Below, in pieces: positions 1 through 9,074 of a stretch of DNA of 47,261 nt. Below the pieces are notes generated by a model. It had not been told where the DNA came from. It saw only the letters and a list, made by a program, of their open reading frames with translations, and ran no database searches. The position numbers and the translations under genes were made by a program. The first letter of the stretch is position 1. Each line of letters starts with the position of its first letter. This stretch comes from a virus: the IMG/VR virus record IMGVR_UViG_3300012210_000003; one strand, given 5' to 3'.

Positions 1-123
1 ACCTTGCGATACGGTGTACGTACACCCCGAAGGACGGAGCAGCCGAAATGACCGTCACCGCCAAACCCCACAACCCCACTACCACCGACCCGTTCGCCCT
101 GATCCCCGCAGCCGACGGCTACG
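1..123. repeat. Terminal overlap copy A (identical to 47139-47261)
   Basis: Direct comparison of the window ends shows 123/123 identical bases. Either a circular-assembly overlap or a short direct terminal repeat. Confidence 0.95.
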
Positions 124-518
124 TCTGGGAACAGCCCGAGCAGGACACGCCGCCGGCACCGGTTGTGCCTGCCCAGCAGACCCGCACCCTCACCCAGATC
201 GTGGACTGCCCCGCGTGCGTGTGGTCCGACTTCGGGGCCCGCGACGACCTGGACGGCGACTTCGTCCGCGAGTGGTCGTTCGCGCTGCACAGTGCCGGCA
301 CCGAGGTCGTGCGCCCGCACCTGGTGCAGGCGTGGCGTCGGCGCGGCTACCACGCCGAGCTGGTGTGCCACCACCTCCACACCGCGCTGGGTGAGATCTC
401 GGCGCCGACCGAGGTGTGCCACCAGGTGTGGCAGGAAGCGGTGGACGCCGTGTCGGGTGTCGAGTTGGTGTTCGCGGCCGGTCTGGTCGACGAGCACGCC
501 GCCTGGGGTGACCGGTGA
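48..518 (+). CDS. hypothetical protein
   Basis: Track ORF. ATG is preceded by GGAG. Third positions are G/C-rich. The stop overlaps the next start (GTGATG at 515-520). Confidence 0.75.
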   Translation: MTVTAKPHNPTTTDPFALIPAADGYVWEQPEQDTPPAPVVPAQQTRTLTQIVDCPACVWSDFGARDDLDGDFVREWSFALHSAGTEVVRPHLVQAWRRRGYHAELVCHHLHTALGEISAPTEVCHQVWQEAVDAVSGVELVFAAGLVDEHAAWGDR

Positions 519-1465
519 TGACCGCACCCGACGAGCTCACCGGCGAACGGTGGGCAATCACCGAACCCGGCGTGTACGAAATGGACGACGCCGACTACCA
601 CCGCGACCCCGTCGCCAGCGGCTCACTCTCCTCCACCGGCGCCCGCCGCCTCCTCGCCCCGTCGTGCCCGGCGAAGTTTAGGTGGCACCAGCAGCACCCC
701 GAAATCAAGACGGAGTACGACTTCGGGCACGCCGCCCACCGCGCCGTCCTCGGGATCGGCGCCGAGATCGCCGTGTTCGGCTACGACTCGTGGCGCACCA
801 ACGCCGCCAAAGCCGACAAGGCCGCCGCCCGCGAGGCTGGGCTGGTGCCGATGCTCGAACCGGACGCCGACGTCGTCACCGCCATGGCCGATGCCCTGCG
901 CGCGCACCACGTCGCCGGCCGCCTGTTCCAGCCAGGGCGCGGCACGGCCGAACGCACCCTGGTGTGGCCCGACCACGCCACCGGTCTGATGCGACGGGCA
1001 CGCCTGGACTGGATCACCGGCGGCGGCGACCGGAAACTGATCATCGCCGACTACAAGACGTGCGACCGGGCCGACCCGGCATCGTGCGCCCGGTCGATCT
1101 TCACCTACGGGTATCACGCGCAGGGCGACTGGTACCGCGACGGCGCGTTCGAGCTTGGCCTGGCCGGCGCGCTCGGGATCGGGTTCGTGCTGGTGTTCCA
1201 AGAGAAAACCGCGCCGTACGTGGTGACCGTGGTCGAACCGGACGACGAAGCACTGCTGTGGGGCAGCGTCCTGAACACCAAGGCCATCGACGTGTACCGG
1301 CGTTGCGTGGCGACTGACACGTGGCCCGGCTACTCCATCCCCGGCCACCCCGGGACCACCGACACCGACCTGATGCTGGCCGGGCTGCCGCCCTACGCCA
1401 TCACCGGCTACGAACGTGCCCGCGAACGCGGCGACTACGACACCGAGGGGATCAGCATCCGATGA
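515..1465 (+). CDS. PD-(D/E)XK (RecB/RecE/Cas4-like) exonuclease
   Basis: 316-aa ORF. Motif order is D (LDW) ... IADYK (D/E-x-K) ... QGDWY (QxxxY), typical of RecB-family nucleases. It lies directly upstream of an annealing-protein-like gene. Confidence 0.7.
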   Translation: MMTAPDELTGERWAITEPGVYEMDDADYHRDPVASGSLSSTGARRLLAPSCPAKFRWHQQHPEIKTEYDFGHAAHRAVLGIGAEIAVFGYDSWRTNAAKADKAAAREAGLVPMLEPDADVVTAMADALRAHHVAGRLFQPGRGTAERTLVWPDHATGLMRRARLDWITGGGDRKLIIADYKTCDRADPASCARSIFTYGYHAQGDWYRDGAFELGLAGALGIGFVLVFQEKTAPYVVTVVEPDDEALLWGSVLNTKAIDVYRRCVATDTWPGYSIPGHPGTTDTDLMLAGLPPYAITGYERARERGDYDTEGISIR

Positions 1466-2568
1466 GCACCAACGAGATCGCCGTACCAGCCGCCACCGCG
1501 CAACCCGACCGGGTCGGCCAAGCCACCGCCGTCGAACAGTCCCGGGCCGTCGCCGAAGTCCAAGGTGCCATCCTGGTGGCGCAGCGCTGCCCGCGCAGTG
1601 TCCCGGCCGCTATCGCCGCGATGGAAGAATCCTGCGCGCAGAAGGGTCTCGCCGACCGCGCGTTCTTCTCCGTGCCCCGCTCCGGAAAACCAGTCACCGG
1701 CGCGACAGTCCACCTAGCCCGCGAACTCGCCCGGGTATGGGGCAATATCCAATATGGGGTGTCGGAGATGCGCCGCGACGATGCCCACGGCCAGTCCGAG
1801 ATGAAAGCGTTCGCGTGGGACGTCCAGACCAACACCCGCGTCGAAACCACGTTCGTCGTACCGCACATCCGCGACCGCAAAGCCGAATCCGGTGGCCCCG
1901 TGCGGCTGACCAGCATGGACGACATCTACATGTCCAACGCCAACGCCGGCGCCCGCCGGGTCCGCGAATGCATCTTCTCCATCATGCCGCCGTGGTTCGT
2001 TGAGCAGGCCAAGGACTTGTGTCAGCGGACGCTGGAACATGGTGGCGGTGTGCCGTTGCCGCAGCGGATCTCGTCGATCATCAAGGCGTTCGACGACCTC
2101 GATGTGACCGTGGATCAGTTGGAACGTCGGATCGGGCGCCCGAACGCGAAGTGGACCGCGCGGGACGTGGGCCAGTTGACGATCATCGGTGGCTCGCTGA
2201 AACGCGGCGAGGTCCGCAAGGAGGAGGAGTTCCCGCCCGAGCGGGTATCGGTGGCCGACCTCGGTGAGGCACCGGAACCGGGCGCCGCGAAGGTGAACGG
2301 CGAACAGCCAGCGCCGACCAAGGCGCAACTCGCTCGCATGCACGCCACCCTCAACGACTGTGGTGTCGACGAAACCGGCCGGCACGCCACCCTCGGCCTA
2401 CTCGCCGGCCGCCCGATCACCTCGGCGAGTCAGCTCACCCGCGCCGAGGTCCTCGCAACCATCGAGGTGCTCGACCGGTGCGCCAAGGCCGACGAACCCG
2501 TCCGCGCGCTCGACCACTACCTCGCCAACCTCGACCAGGAAACGACCGCGAAGGGCGGCGCGGCATGA
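1462..2568 (+). CDS. putative RecT/Red-beta-like single-strand annealing protein
   Basis: Start set at ATG 1462 (ATGA overlap with the upstream stop) instead of track start 1321. Synteny with the exonuclease. Resemblance to RecT-type proteins is by eye only. Confidence 0.5.
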   Translation: MSTNEIAVPAATAQPDRVGQATAVEQSRAVAEVQGAILVAQRCPRSVPAAIAAMEESCAQKGLADRAFFSVPRSGKPVTGATVHLARELARVWGNIQYGVSEMRRDDAHGQSEMKAFAWDVQTNTRVETTFVVPHIRDRKAESGGPVRLTSMDDIYMSNANAGARRVRECIFSIMPPWFVEQAKDLCQRTLEHGGGVPLPQRISSIIKAFDDLDVTVDQLERRIGRPNAKWTARDVGQLTIIGGSLKRGEVRKEEEFPPERVSVADLGEAPEPGAAKVNGEQPAPTKAQLARMHATLNDCGVDETGRHATLGLLAGRPITSASQLTRAEVLATIEVLDRCAKADEPVRALDHYLANLDQETTAKGGAA

Positions 2569-3440
2569 CCGAGCTACGCGACCAGATCGCCGACGCCATC
2601 GCGAAGGCCCGCTTCTCCGCCGAGCCGCACGAACTCACCATCCCGGCCACGTATCTGCTGGACCGGGAAACCGACGCCGTGATGGACGCCGTGGCGCCAC
2701 TCGTCGAGCAGCTCCGCGCGCTGAACCAACGGATCGCCCGCCCTCGTCCGCTACCGCGACCAGTACCGGCAGGACAGCATCGCCCTCGCTATCGTCGACC
2801 GAACGGAGTTCATCTGATGGCCGGCGCCGCAACGAAAGCCGTCTACCGCGCCATCTGGCACAGCGACTACGACGTTGACGTCACCCTGAAGGGACGCACC
2901 GCCGCGCACCAACTCGCCGACGAGATGGCTACTGCCCTGTCCGCTGCCGGCCTGCTCGCAGGGCCACCGGCCTGGCATGTCGGCCAGGACATCGAATGGA
3001 ACCCGTGCGAAGACGTGTGGCGCCCTGGGTTCATCGCCGACCTGGACCTGGCCGTGATCGTGCTGCACGAGAACGACCAGTACCTCACCGTCGGAACGCA
3101 ATACATCCGGCCGCGCATCGCCGCACCCGACGTCGCGCCGAACGTCGCGGCCGAGTCGCGTGAGGAACCCGTCGGCCACGGCGCCGACGGAGTCGCCCTC
3201 ATCGCGCTCGAACGGCAACGCCAGATCGCCAAGGGCTGGACCGCCGAACACGACGACCGGCACCCCGGCGACCAACTCGTGCAGGCCGCCATGTTCTACG
3301 CCGACGAGTCAGCCTCAGCCACCGACTGGCCGTGGGACACGCTCCCCACACGCGGCACCCGCATCCGGGACCTCGAACGCGCCGGCGCGCTCATCGCTGC
3401 CGAGATCGACCGACTACACCGCGCGGCAGGCCGGCCATGA
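2565..3440 (+). CDS. hypothetical protein
   Basis: ATGA overlap at 2565-2568. In frame with track ORF 2478..3440. Confidence 0.75.
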   Translation: MTELRDQIADAIAKARFSAEPHELTIPATYLLDRETDAVMDAVAPLVEQLRALNQRIARPRPLPRPVPAGQHRPRYRRPNGVHLMAGAATKAVYRAIWHSDYDVDVTLKGRTAAHQLADEMATALSAAGLLAGPPAWHVGQDIEWNPCEDVWRPGFIADLDLAVIVLHENDQYLTVGTQYIRPRIAAPDVAPNVAAESREEPVGHGADGVALIALERQRQIAKGWTAEHDDRHPGDQLVQAAMFYADESASATDWPWDTLPTRGTRIRDLERAGALIAAEIDRLHRAAGRP

Positions 3441-3940
3441 CCGACCAGCTCGCGCTCGACGAAGCCGCCGGGTGCCCCGGCGGCCATCGGGCGCTGCTCG
3501 ACGTGTTCGTACCCGGCCGCCCCGCACCCCAAGGCTCGAAACGCCACGTCGGCAAGGGAATCATGATCGAGATGTCGAAACACGTCGCGCCGTGGCGCAC
3601 CGACATCCGCGAGGCCGTGATCGCCGCCCGGAAGGCATACCACGCCGCCACCATCGCCAGCTTCACCGCCGGCGCCCCGGCGGCCGGCCCGATGCTGGTG
3701 CGGCTGGAGTTCGTCATGCCCCGCCCCGCCGGCACACCGAAACGCCGCACACCGGCCGCCGTGAAACGGCCGGACTGCGACAAGCTCGCCCGCGCTGTCC
3801 TGGACGCTGTCGGCTCCGCCGGGTGTGTGTGGGTCGACGACTCGCAGGTGGTCGACCTGCACGCCACCAAGAGGATCGCCGAACCCGGCGAGGCACCCGG
3901 TTGCCGCATCACCATCCACACACCCGCGAGCCAGCCATGA
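3437..3940 (+). CDS. rusA: RusA-family Holliday junction resolvase
   Basis: ATGA-coupled start. GRPAPQGSKR, PDCDKLARAVLDA and WVDDSQVV blocks are typical of RusA. Confidence 0.85.
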   Translation: MTDQLALDEAAGCPGGHRALLDVFVPGRPAPQGSKRHVGKGIMIEMSKHVAPWRTDIREAVIAARKAYHAATIASFTAGAPAAGPMLVRLEFVMPRPAGTPKRRTPAAVKRPDCDKLARAVLDAVGSAGCVWVDDSQVVDLHATKRIAEPGEAPGCRITIHTPASQP

Positions 3941-4236
3941 AGCCGATCTTCGTCGCCATCCCGCGCGGGCACGGCCTCATCCTGCACCTGCACTCACCCG
4001 GCTACCGGCCAGGGCCCAAACCGCGAGGCATCGGCGACTCGGCCGCGCTGTGCAACTACAGCATCCACGGCGACCCGCTCGTGCCGCTGCGCGACGGCCT
4101 GCACCTCAAACCCACCGGCACGGATCCGCGCCCGGCGTGGCGCTGGTGCCGCTCCTGCATCGGACACGCCGTCGCCATCGCCGGCCTCGACCAGGAAGTT
4201 CTGACCTGGATCGCGACAGGGACGGAGAAGCCATGA
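3937..4236 (+). CDS. hypothetical protein (99 aa)
   Basis: ATGA overlap at 3937-3940. In frame with track ORF 3160..4236. Confidence 0.7.
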   Translation: MKPIFVAIPRGHGLILHLHSPGYRPGPKPRGIGDSAALCNYSIHGDPLVPLRDGLHLKPTGTDPRPAWRWCRSCIGHAVAIAGLDQEVLTWIATGTEKP

Positions 4237-4697
4237 CCGCGATCCGCACCATCCGCCTCGAATACCACCCCGGCCGCTGGCACCGCGACGGCCACACCAA
4301 AACCTGCCGGCACTGCGGCGACACCTACCGCCGACCCGCCAACCAATCCAGCAACGACTGGAACCGCCGCCTCTACTGCTCCATGTCCTGCGCCTCAACA
4401 GCCAGCGCGCCCGCCCGCCTCGCCGGCCGCGGACGCACACCCCGCGCCGAACCGGTCGCCACCGTCCCCGCACCCACTGATTCGACCTGGCTCGACCACG
4501 CTGCCTGCCGAGACGCCAGCGACACGGACCGGTTCGTGCCCGACAACCCCGGCGCGCACTGGCGGCCACCACCCGAATGCGGCCGCTGCCCCGTCCGAGC
4601 CGAATGCCTCGCCTACGGGCTCGCCACCAAAAGCATCGGCGTGTGGGGCGGCCAATACCTGCGCGGCGCCTGGCGCAAGAAAGGAGCCGCCAAGTGA
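4233..4697 (+). CDS. whiB: WhiB-like (Wbl) Fe-S transcription factor with N-terminal Cys-pair extension
   Basis: C-terminal W..AAC ... C..CPVRAEC ... GVWGG four-Cys signature. The N-terminal ~90 aa carry CRHC and CSMSC pairs. ATGA-coupled start. Confidence 0.85.
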   Translation: MTAIRTIRLEYHPGRWHRDGHTKTCRHCGDTYRRPANQSSNDWNRRLYCSMSCASTASAPARLAGRGRTPRAEPVATVPAPTDSTWLDHAACRDASDTDRFVPDNPGAHWRPPPECGRCPVRAECLAYGLATKSIGVWGGQYLRGAWRKKGAAK

Positions 4698-4761
4698 CAC
4701 AGACGCTCGCCGTGCCGCAGCCGACCGCCTGACCATTCACACCACCACGAGAGGAGCGGCC

Positions 4762-5535
4762 ATGGCTGACTTCCGCGTCGACGACACCGCGCCGGACCAC
4801 CCCAAGATGCGCGCCGCCGGCATCGCCGCGCTCGGCCTGTGGTCCATGGCAGGCGCCTTCAGCATGCGCCCAGACATCCTCTCCGACGGCTGGGTCCCCA
4901 CCTACTGGGTCCTCGGCTGGGACGGCGGGAAACGCGCCGCCGCCATGCTCGTCCGGGTCGGACTGTGGATGCCCGAGACCCGCAACGGCATCGCCGGCTA
5001 CCGGTTCCACGACTTCCTCAACTACCAACGCGCCGCCGAGAAGATCGTCGGCGACCGCCAGTCGGCCCGCCAACGCATGGCGACCCTGCGCGCCAGTCTC
5101 CACAGTGGCCGTTCCCCTGATGTTCGCGCGAACACACAGCGAACAACCACCGCAACACTCCCCGAACGTGCCGCCGAACCTGCACCGAACTTCAACGGAA
5201 GTTCGGTGACTTCCCTTCTCCCTACCCCCGTAGGGGGTAGCTATGGGGGGGATCGTCCGGTAAGTAACCGCGCGCGAGAGCAACGCCCCCCCGAAAAATG
5301 CCCGAAACACATCAACGACCCCGACCCACCCAACTGCGGCAACTGCGCTGACCAGCGGCGCACCGCCGAAACGTGGGACCACCAACACCACCTCGACCAG
5401 CGCCTCGCCATCCGGGCCTGCGGTTTGTGCGACGGCGACGGCTGGCGCTGGATCAACCCCGCCCGCCGCTCCCTCGGCCCCCGATCCGGGCCCGACGCCC
5501 GCTGCGACCACACCCGAGAACAGGTGACCACATGA
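4762..5535 (+). CDS. hypothetical two-domain protein, possible DNA-binding/replication-associated
   Basis: Track ORF with a GAGAGGAG Shine-Dalgarno. The N-terminal domain is followed by a low-G+C3 linker, then a Cys-rich C-terminus (CPKH..CGNC ... CGLCDGDG). Confidence 0.6.
   Translation: MADFRVDDTAPDHPKMRAAGIAALGLWSMAGAFSMRPDILSDGWVPTYWVLGWDGGKRAAAMLVRVGLWMPETRNGIAGYRFHDFLNYQRAAEKIVGDRQSARQRMATLRASLHSGRSPDVRANTQRTTTATLPERAAEPAPNFNGSSVTSLLPTPVGGSYGGDRPVSNRAREQRPPEKCPKHINDPDPPNCGNCADQRRTAETWDHQHHLDQRLAIRACGLCDGDGWRWINPARRSLGPRSGPDARCDHTREQVTT
5185..5240. other. Two adjacent perfect hairpins inside CDS 4762-5535
   Basis: CCGAACTTC-aacg-GAAGTTCGG (5185-5206) and CTACCCCC-gta-GGGGGTAG (5222-5240). 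These are followed by a G7 run (5245-5251) and a C7 run (5285-5291). Confidence 0.8.
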
Positions 5536-5765
5536 CCGTCCACGTCGAACAGCCGATGCCAATCCTGAACGACCGCACGTCGATCCAGTCCCTCGTCCGG
5601 GCCGACCTCGACGCGCGCGAACAGGTCGGCATCCAGCGCTACGGCACCCCGCTCCAACCGCACAACGGGCGCGACGCGCTCCGTGACGCCTACGAAGAAG
5701 CGCTCGACCTCGCCTGTTACCTCAAGCAAGCCATGGTCGAACGCGACAGCGCGAGGCTGCCGTGA
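5532..5765 (+). CDS. hypothetical protein (77 aa)
   Basis: ATGA overlap at 5532-5535. In frame with track ORF 5373..5765. Confidence 0.7.
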   Translation: MTVHVEQPMPILNDRTSIQSLVRADLDAREQVGIQRYGTPLQPHNGRDALRDAYEEALDLACYLKQAMVERDSARLP

Positions 5766-5938
5766 TCGCCCGCATCGACACCGACCTCCCCGGCAACGAC
5801 CGAGCCCGCGCGTGGCTCAGCGTCGACGCCATCGTCGTCGAACACGCCGGGATCTACACCGTCGCCACCCGCGCCCACGTCGACCGCCACCAGCTCGCCG
5901 AAATGGCCGCCGTCCTCACCGAAGCCAGCCAGCCATGA
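5762..5938 (+). CDS. hypothetical protein (58 aa, below track cutoff)
   Basis: GTGA overlap at 5762-5765 and ATGA overlap at 5935-5938. Open frame with G/C-rich third positions. Confidence 0.6.
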   Translation: MIARIDTDLPGNDRARAWLSVDAIVVEHAGIYTVATRAHVDRHQLAEMAAVLTEASQP

Positions 5939-6348
5939 ACCTCGACCAAGACGCCGTCACCGCCTGCGCCGACCTCGTCGGCCGCACCGGCGCCACCAAC
6001 TTCACGATCGGCTACCTCCACGACGACGTACCGCCCGACCAGGCCGCCTGGTACGCCCACGCCCAGTTCCGAGGCGCCCGGATCACCATCGATGACCAAC
6101 CCGGTCCTGTCGAAGCCGCCGACGCACTGTGCCGGAGACTCCTGGACGGCGCGAAATGCCGCTGCGGACGCCTCGTCACCCTGTCCGACAGCGGAGCCGT
6201 CGCCTACGACAGCACCATGGCCGACGGGTCCACCTGGACCGTCGAGCAGGCACGCCGGGCCGGCCAATGCCGGTGGCGACGTATCGGAGCCCGGTGGGAA
6301 CCGAACTGCCCCACACCGCCCGGCCGGACGAAGTCGAGACGCCGATGA
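5935..6348 (+). CDS. hypothetical protein (137 aa)
   Basis: ATGA-coupled start. In frame with track ORF 5683..6348. Confidence 0.7.
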   Translation: MNLDQDAVTACADLVGRTGATNFTIGYLHDDVPPDQAAWYAHAQFRGARITIDDQPGPVEAADALCRRLLDGAKCRCGRLVTLSDSGAVAYDSTMADGSTWTVEQARRAGQCRWRRIGARWEPNCPTPPGRTKSRRR

Positions 6349-6542
6349 CGCGCCCCACATACGTGCCCGCCCCCGTCGGCGACGACCTCGCCGCCCAAGA
6401 CGCCGCCCTCGACGTGGCGTGTCCACGATGCCAAGCCACCCGCGACACCTACTGCGTCAACGAGAAAACCGGACTACACCTACACAACCGAGTCAGCCAC
6501 TGGCAGAGAGTCAAAACCGCACAGGAGACCCCGACACCATGA
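6345..6542 (+). CDS. small zinc-finger-like protein (65 aa)
   Basis: ATGA-coupled start. Contains CPRC ... C ... H..R, a pattern common in small actinophage proteins. Confidence 0.6.
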   Translation: MTRPTYVPAPVGDDLAAQDAALDVACPRCQATRDTYCVNEKTGLHLHNRVSHWQRVKTAQETPTP

Positions 6543-7021
6543 CCCAGCCGGCAACCACGACCACCGCGCCGAACCCGCCCCCCGGCGACGCGGCCGACGA
6601 CGTCATCACCACCGCTTTGGTCGCCGCCATCCTCGCCCACTGGGCACACCACAAAATCCGGGACCTACTCAAAAAACTCCACCGCATCCACCCCGACACC
6701 ATCGACTGGATGCTCAACCACACCCTCTTCGCGAAACTCCTCACCATGGACAACCACACCCCCACCGACCCCATCCTCGCCGCCGCCCGCCACCGCAACA
6801 TCCAACGCCGCGCCGCCTACGCAGTCGCCGCCACACGCCGCATGGACACCGCACTCGACACCCACCACCTACCCACCATCCGCGCCGCCTGGACCCAAGA
6901 ACTCGACCACATGGGCGCGCACCTCGCCGCGAACCACGCCCGCAACGCAGCCTGGAACACCGACGCCCGAGTCGAAGACCTCGCGGACGCACGCATGATG
7001 TTCGACGGCGTGATCAACTAG
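6539..7021 (+). CDS. hypothetical protein (160 aa)
   Basis: ATGA-coupled start. In frame with track ORF 6092..7021. Confidence 0.7.
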   Translation: MTQPATTTTAPNPPPGDAADDVITTALVAAILAHWAHHKIRDLLKKLHRIHPDTIDWMLNHTLFAKLLTMDNHTPTDPILAAARHRNIQRRAAYAVAATRRMDTALDTHHLPTIRAAWTQELDHMGAHLAANHARNAAWNTDARVEDLADARMMFDGVIN

Positions 7022-7048
7022 GCCCGTGACCTACAGTTAAATCGAGAT

Positions 7049-7092
7049 CCGACCCGATGCGATTGACCCGATGGGGGGTGACCCGATGCGAT
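7049..7092 (+). repeat. Three direct copies of GACCCGATG at the terS start
   Basis: Copies at 7051-7059, 7065-7073 and 7080-7088 (14-15 nt spacing). Copies 1 and 3 extend to GACCCGATGCGAT. Each copy contains an ATG. Confidence 0.85.
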
Positions 7093-7628
7093 CGAAGTGC
7101 GCTGGCCGGAACAAGCACACCAAGGAGCCGTGCGGGTCGTGGCCAACCAAGGGCAGCCCGGTGTGCCGGATGCATGGCGGTAGCGCACCGCAGGTCAAGA
7201 CGGCCGCCGCTGGCCGGCTCGTCGAGCGGGAAGCCCGCAAGGCGTTCGGGCGGCTGGCTGACGTGTCTGCCCCGGTCACCGACCCGCTCACCGCGTTGGC
7301 CGAGCTGGCCGGGCACGTGAACGCGTGGATGAAGTTCCTGGCCGGCCGCATCAGCGCGTTGGAGTCCCTGTCCTACGACAGCGGGTTCGCCGGCGAGCAG
7401 ATCCGCGGCGAGATCCAGTTGTGGGAGCGGGCGATGGACCGCTGCAACGCCGTGTTCGGCACCGCGGCCCGCCTGAACATTGACGAGCGTCTGGCGGCGA
7501 TCACGGAGCGGCAGGCCGAGGTCGTCATGGCGGCGATCGAAGCCGCCCTGGACGCGGCGCAAGTGCCGCCCGCTGGGCGCGCGGACGCCAAGCGCGCGGC
7601 GGCGCGCCGGTTGCGTGTCGTGGCGTGA
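7071..7628 (+). CDS. terS: terminase small subunit
   Basis: Lies immediately upstream of the large terminase. The N-terminal CxGxxxxxxxPC...C.MHGG block is seen in actinophage small terminases. Alternative start at ATG 7086. Confidence 0.65.
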   Translation: MGGDPMRSKCAGRNKHTKEPCGSWPTKGSPVCRMHGGSAPQVKTAAAGRLVEREARKAFGRLADVSAPVTDPLTALAELAGHVNAWMKFLAGRISALESLSYDSGFAGEQIRGEIQLWERAMDRCNAVFGTAARLNIDERLAAITERQAEVVMAAIEAALDAAQVPPAGRADAKRAAARRLRVVA

Positions 7629-9070
7629 TGGACACCCTGATCCGTGCCGCGCAGTTGCTGGAGCGGGACGCCGACGGCGAGGGCCGGGAGGAGCCGCTGG
7701 GCCAGATGACGGCCCGCCTGGACCCGACCACGGTCCAAACCCCCGCGTTGGACCTGCTCGACGCGAAACTCTGCGCTGTCGCCGATGGGCAGGTGAGCCG
7801 GCTGATCTGGTCGATGCCACCGCAGGAAGGCAAGTCGGAGCGGGTGTCTCGCCGGTTCCCGGCGTGGATGCTGCGCCGCGACCCCGACCTGCGCATCGCC
7901 ATCGCCAGCTACGAACAGCGGGTCGCGACCCGGTGGGGGCGGGCGATCCGTAACGACCTGATCGAACACCCCGACCTCGGGTTGACCGTCCGCCGCGACA
8001 CGGCGGCCGCGCACGAATGGCAGTTGGACGGGCACCGCGGCGGCGTCTACTCGGTGGGTATCGGCGGTGCGTTGACCGGGCGCCCGGTGGATCTGCTGGT
8101 CATCGACGACCCGGTGAAGGGCCGCGCTGAGGCCGACTCGGAGGTGTATCGGGAGGCGTGCTGGGACTGGTGGACCAACGTCGCCCGCACCCGCCTCGCC
8201 CCAGGCGCGCCGGTGGTGTTGATCCTGACCCGCTGGCACGAAGACGACCTCGCCGGCCGGCTGGAGGCCACGGACCGGGGATGGGAGCTGGTGAACGTCC
8301 CCGCGCTGGCCGACACCGACACAGACCCGCTCGACCGGGCACCAGGCGAGTTCCTGGTGTCCGCGCGGGGCCGCACCGCACAGGACTGGCTGGATATTCG
8401 CAGCGACGTGGGCGAGCGCGTGTGGGGCGCGCTGTATCAGGGGCGGCCGTCACCAGCGGAGGGGGCGCTGTTGAAGCGGGGTTGGTGGCGGTACTACCCG
8501 GCGCCGATGTGGCGGGAGCAACCGGACGGGTCGATGCGGGTGCACGACGCGGACCGGGTGATCGCGTCGTGGGACATGACGTTCAAGGACACCCGGGCAT
8601 CCGACTATGTGGTCGGCGGGGTGTGGGCGTTGAAGGGCGCGAACGCGTATCTGTTGGATGTGGTGCGGGACCGGATGGACTTTCCGACCACGTGTCGGGC
8701 GGTGCAGGCGTTGGCGGCGAAGTGGCCGCAGGCGTCCGCGAAGTTGGTTGAGGACAAGGCGAACGGGTCGGCGGTGATCGCGCAGTTGAAGTCGGTGGTG
8801 GCGGGGTTGGTTGCGGTGAACCCGACCGAGTCGAAGGAGGCCCGCGCGTCGGCGGTGTCGCCGTACGTGGAGGCCGGGAACGTGTGGCTGCCCGCGCCGG
8901 CGCTGGCGCCGTGGGTGGCTGGGTTCGTGGAGGAGTGCAGCGCGTTTCCGAACGGCACGCACGATGACCAGGTGGACATGGCGACACAGGCGTTGGCGCG
9001 CCTGATGTTGAAGGGTGTGCCCCGGATTCGGAGTTTCAACGTGTCACCGCGTGTTCCGCTGGGAGGATGA
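7625..9070 (+). CDS. terL: terminase large subunit
   Basis: 481 aa. Contains PPQEGKS (Walker A-like), LLVIDDP (Walker B-like) and TRWHEDDL. GTGA overlap with terS (alternative ATG 7628). Confidence 0.9.
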   Translation: MMDTLIRAAQLLERDADGEGREEPLGQMTARLDPTTVQTPALDLLDAKLCAVADGQVSRLIWSMPPQEGKSERVSRRFPAWMLRRDPDLRIAIASYEQRVATRWGRAIRNDLIEHPDLGLTVRRDTAAAHEWQLDGHRGGVYSVGIGGALTGRPVDLLVIDDPVKGRAEADSEVYREACWDWWTNVARTRLAPGAPVVLILTRWHEDDLAGRLEATDRGWELVNVPALADTDTDPLDRAPGEFLVSARGRTAQDWLDIRSDVGERVWGALYQGRPSPAEGALLKRGWWRYYPAPMWREQPDGSMRVHDADRVIASWDMTFKDTRASDYVVGGVWALKGANAYLLDVVRDRMDFPTTCRAVQALAAKWPQASAKLVEDKANGSAVIAQLKSVVAGLVAVNPTESKEARASAVSPYVEAGNVWLPAPALAPWVAGFVEECSAFPNGTHDDQVDMATQALARLMLKGVPRIRSFNVSPRVPLGG

Positions 9071-9074
9071 GGGT

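Noticed and set aside
1-123. The end repeats interpreted as attL/attR or LTR-like element boundaries.
   Set aside because: The repeat includes part of a CDS and an operator set, and the gene order is continuous across the junction. This is more consistent with assembly circularisation.
1321-1461. Upstream extensions of many track ORFs, for example 1321, 2478, 3160, 3332, 3825, 5373, 5683, 6092, 12642, 31616 and 41976.
   Set aside because: Each extension overlaps the preceding gene in another frame. An in-frame ATG or GTG that forms a 4-nt overlap with the upstream stop gives a consistent, non-overlapping gene chain.
3994-5562. A 522-aa minus-strand ORF. Similar long antisense ORFs occur at 18017..19495, 14295..15434 and 19312..20481.
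   Set aside because: These are typical stop-poor antisense frames of a high-G+C genome. They overlap coupled plus-strand genes with recognisable domains (WhiB-like, capsid-module), and their products are Arg/Gly/Pro-rich low complexity.
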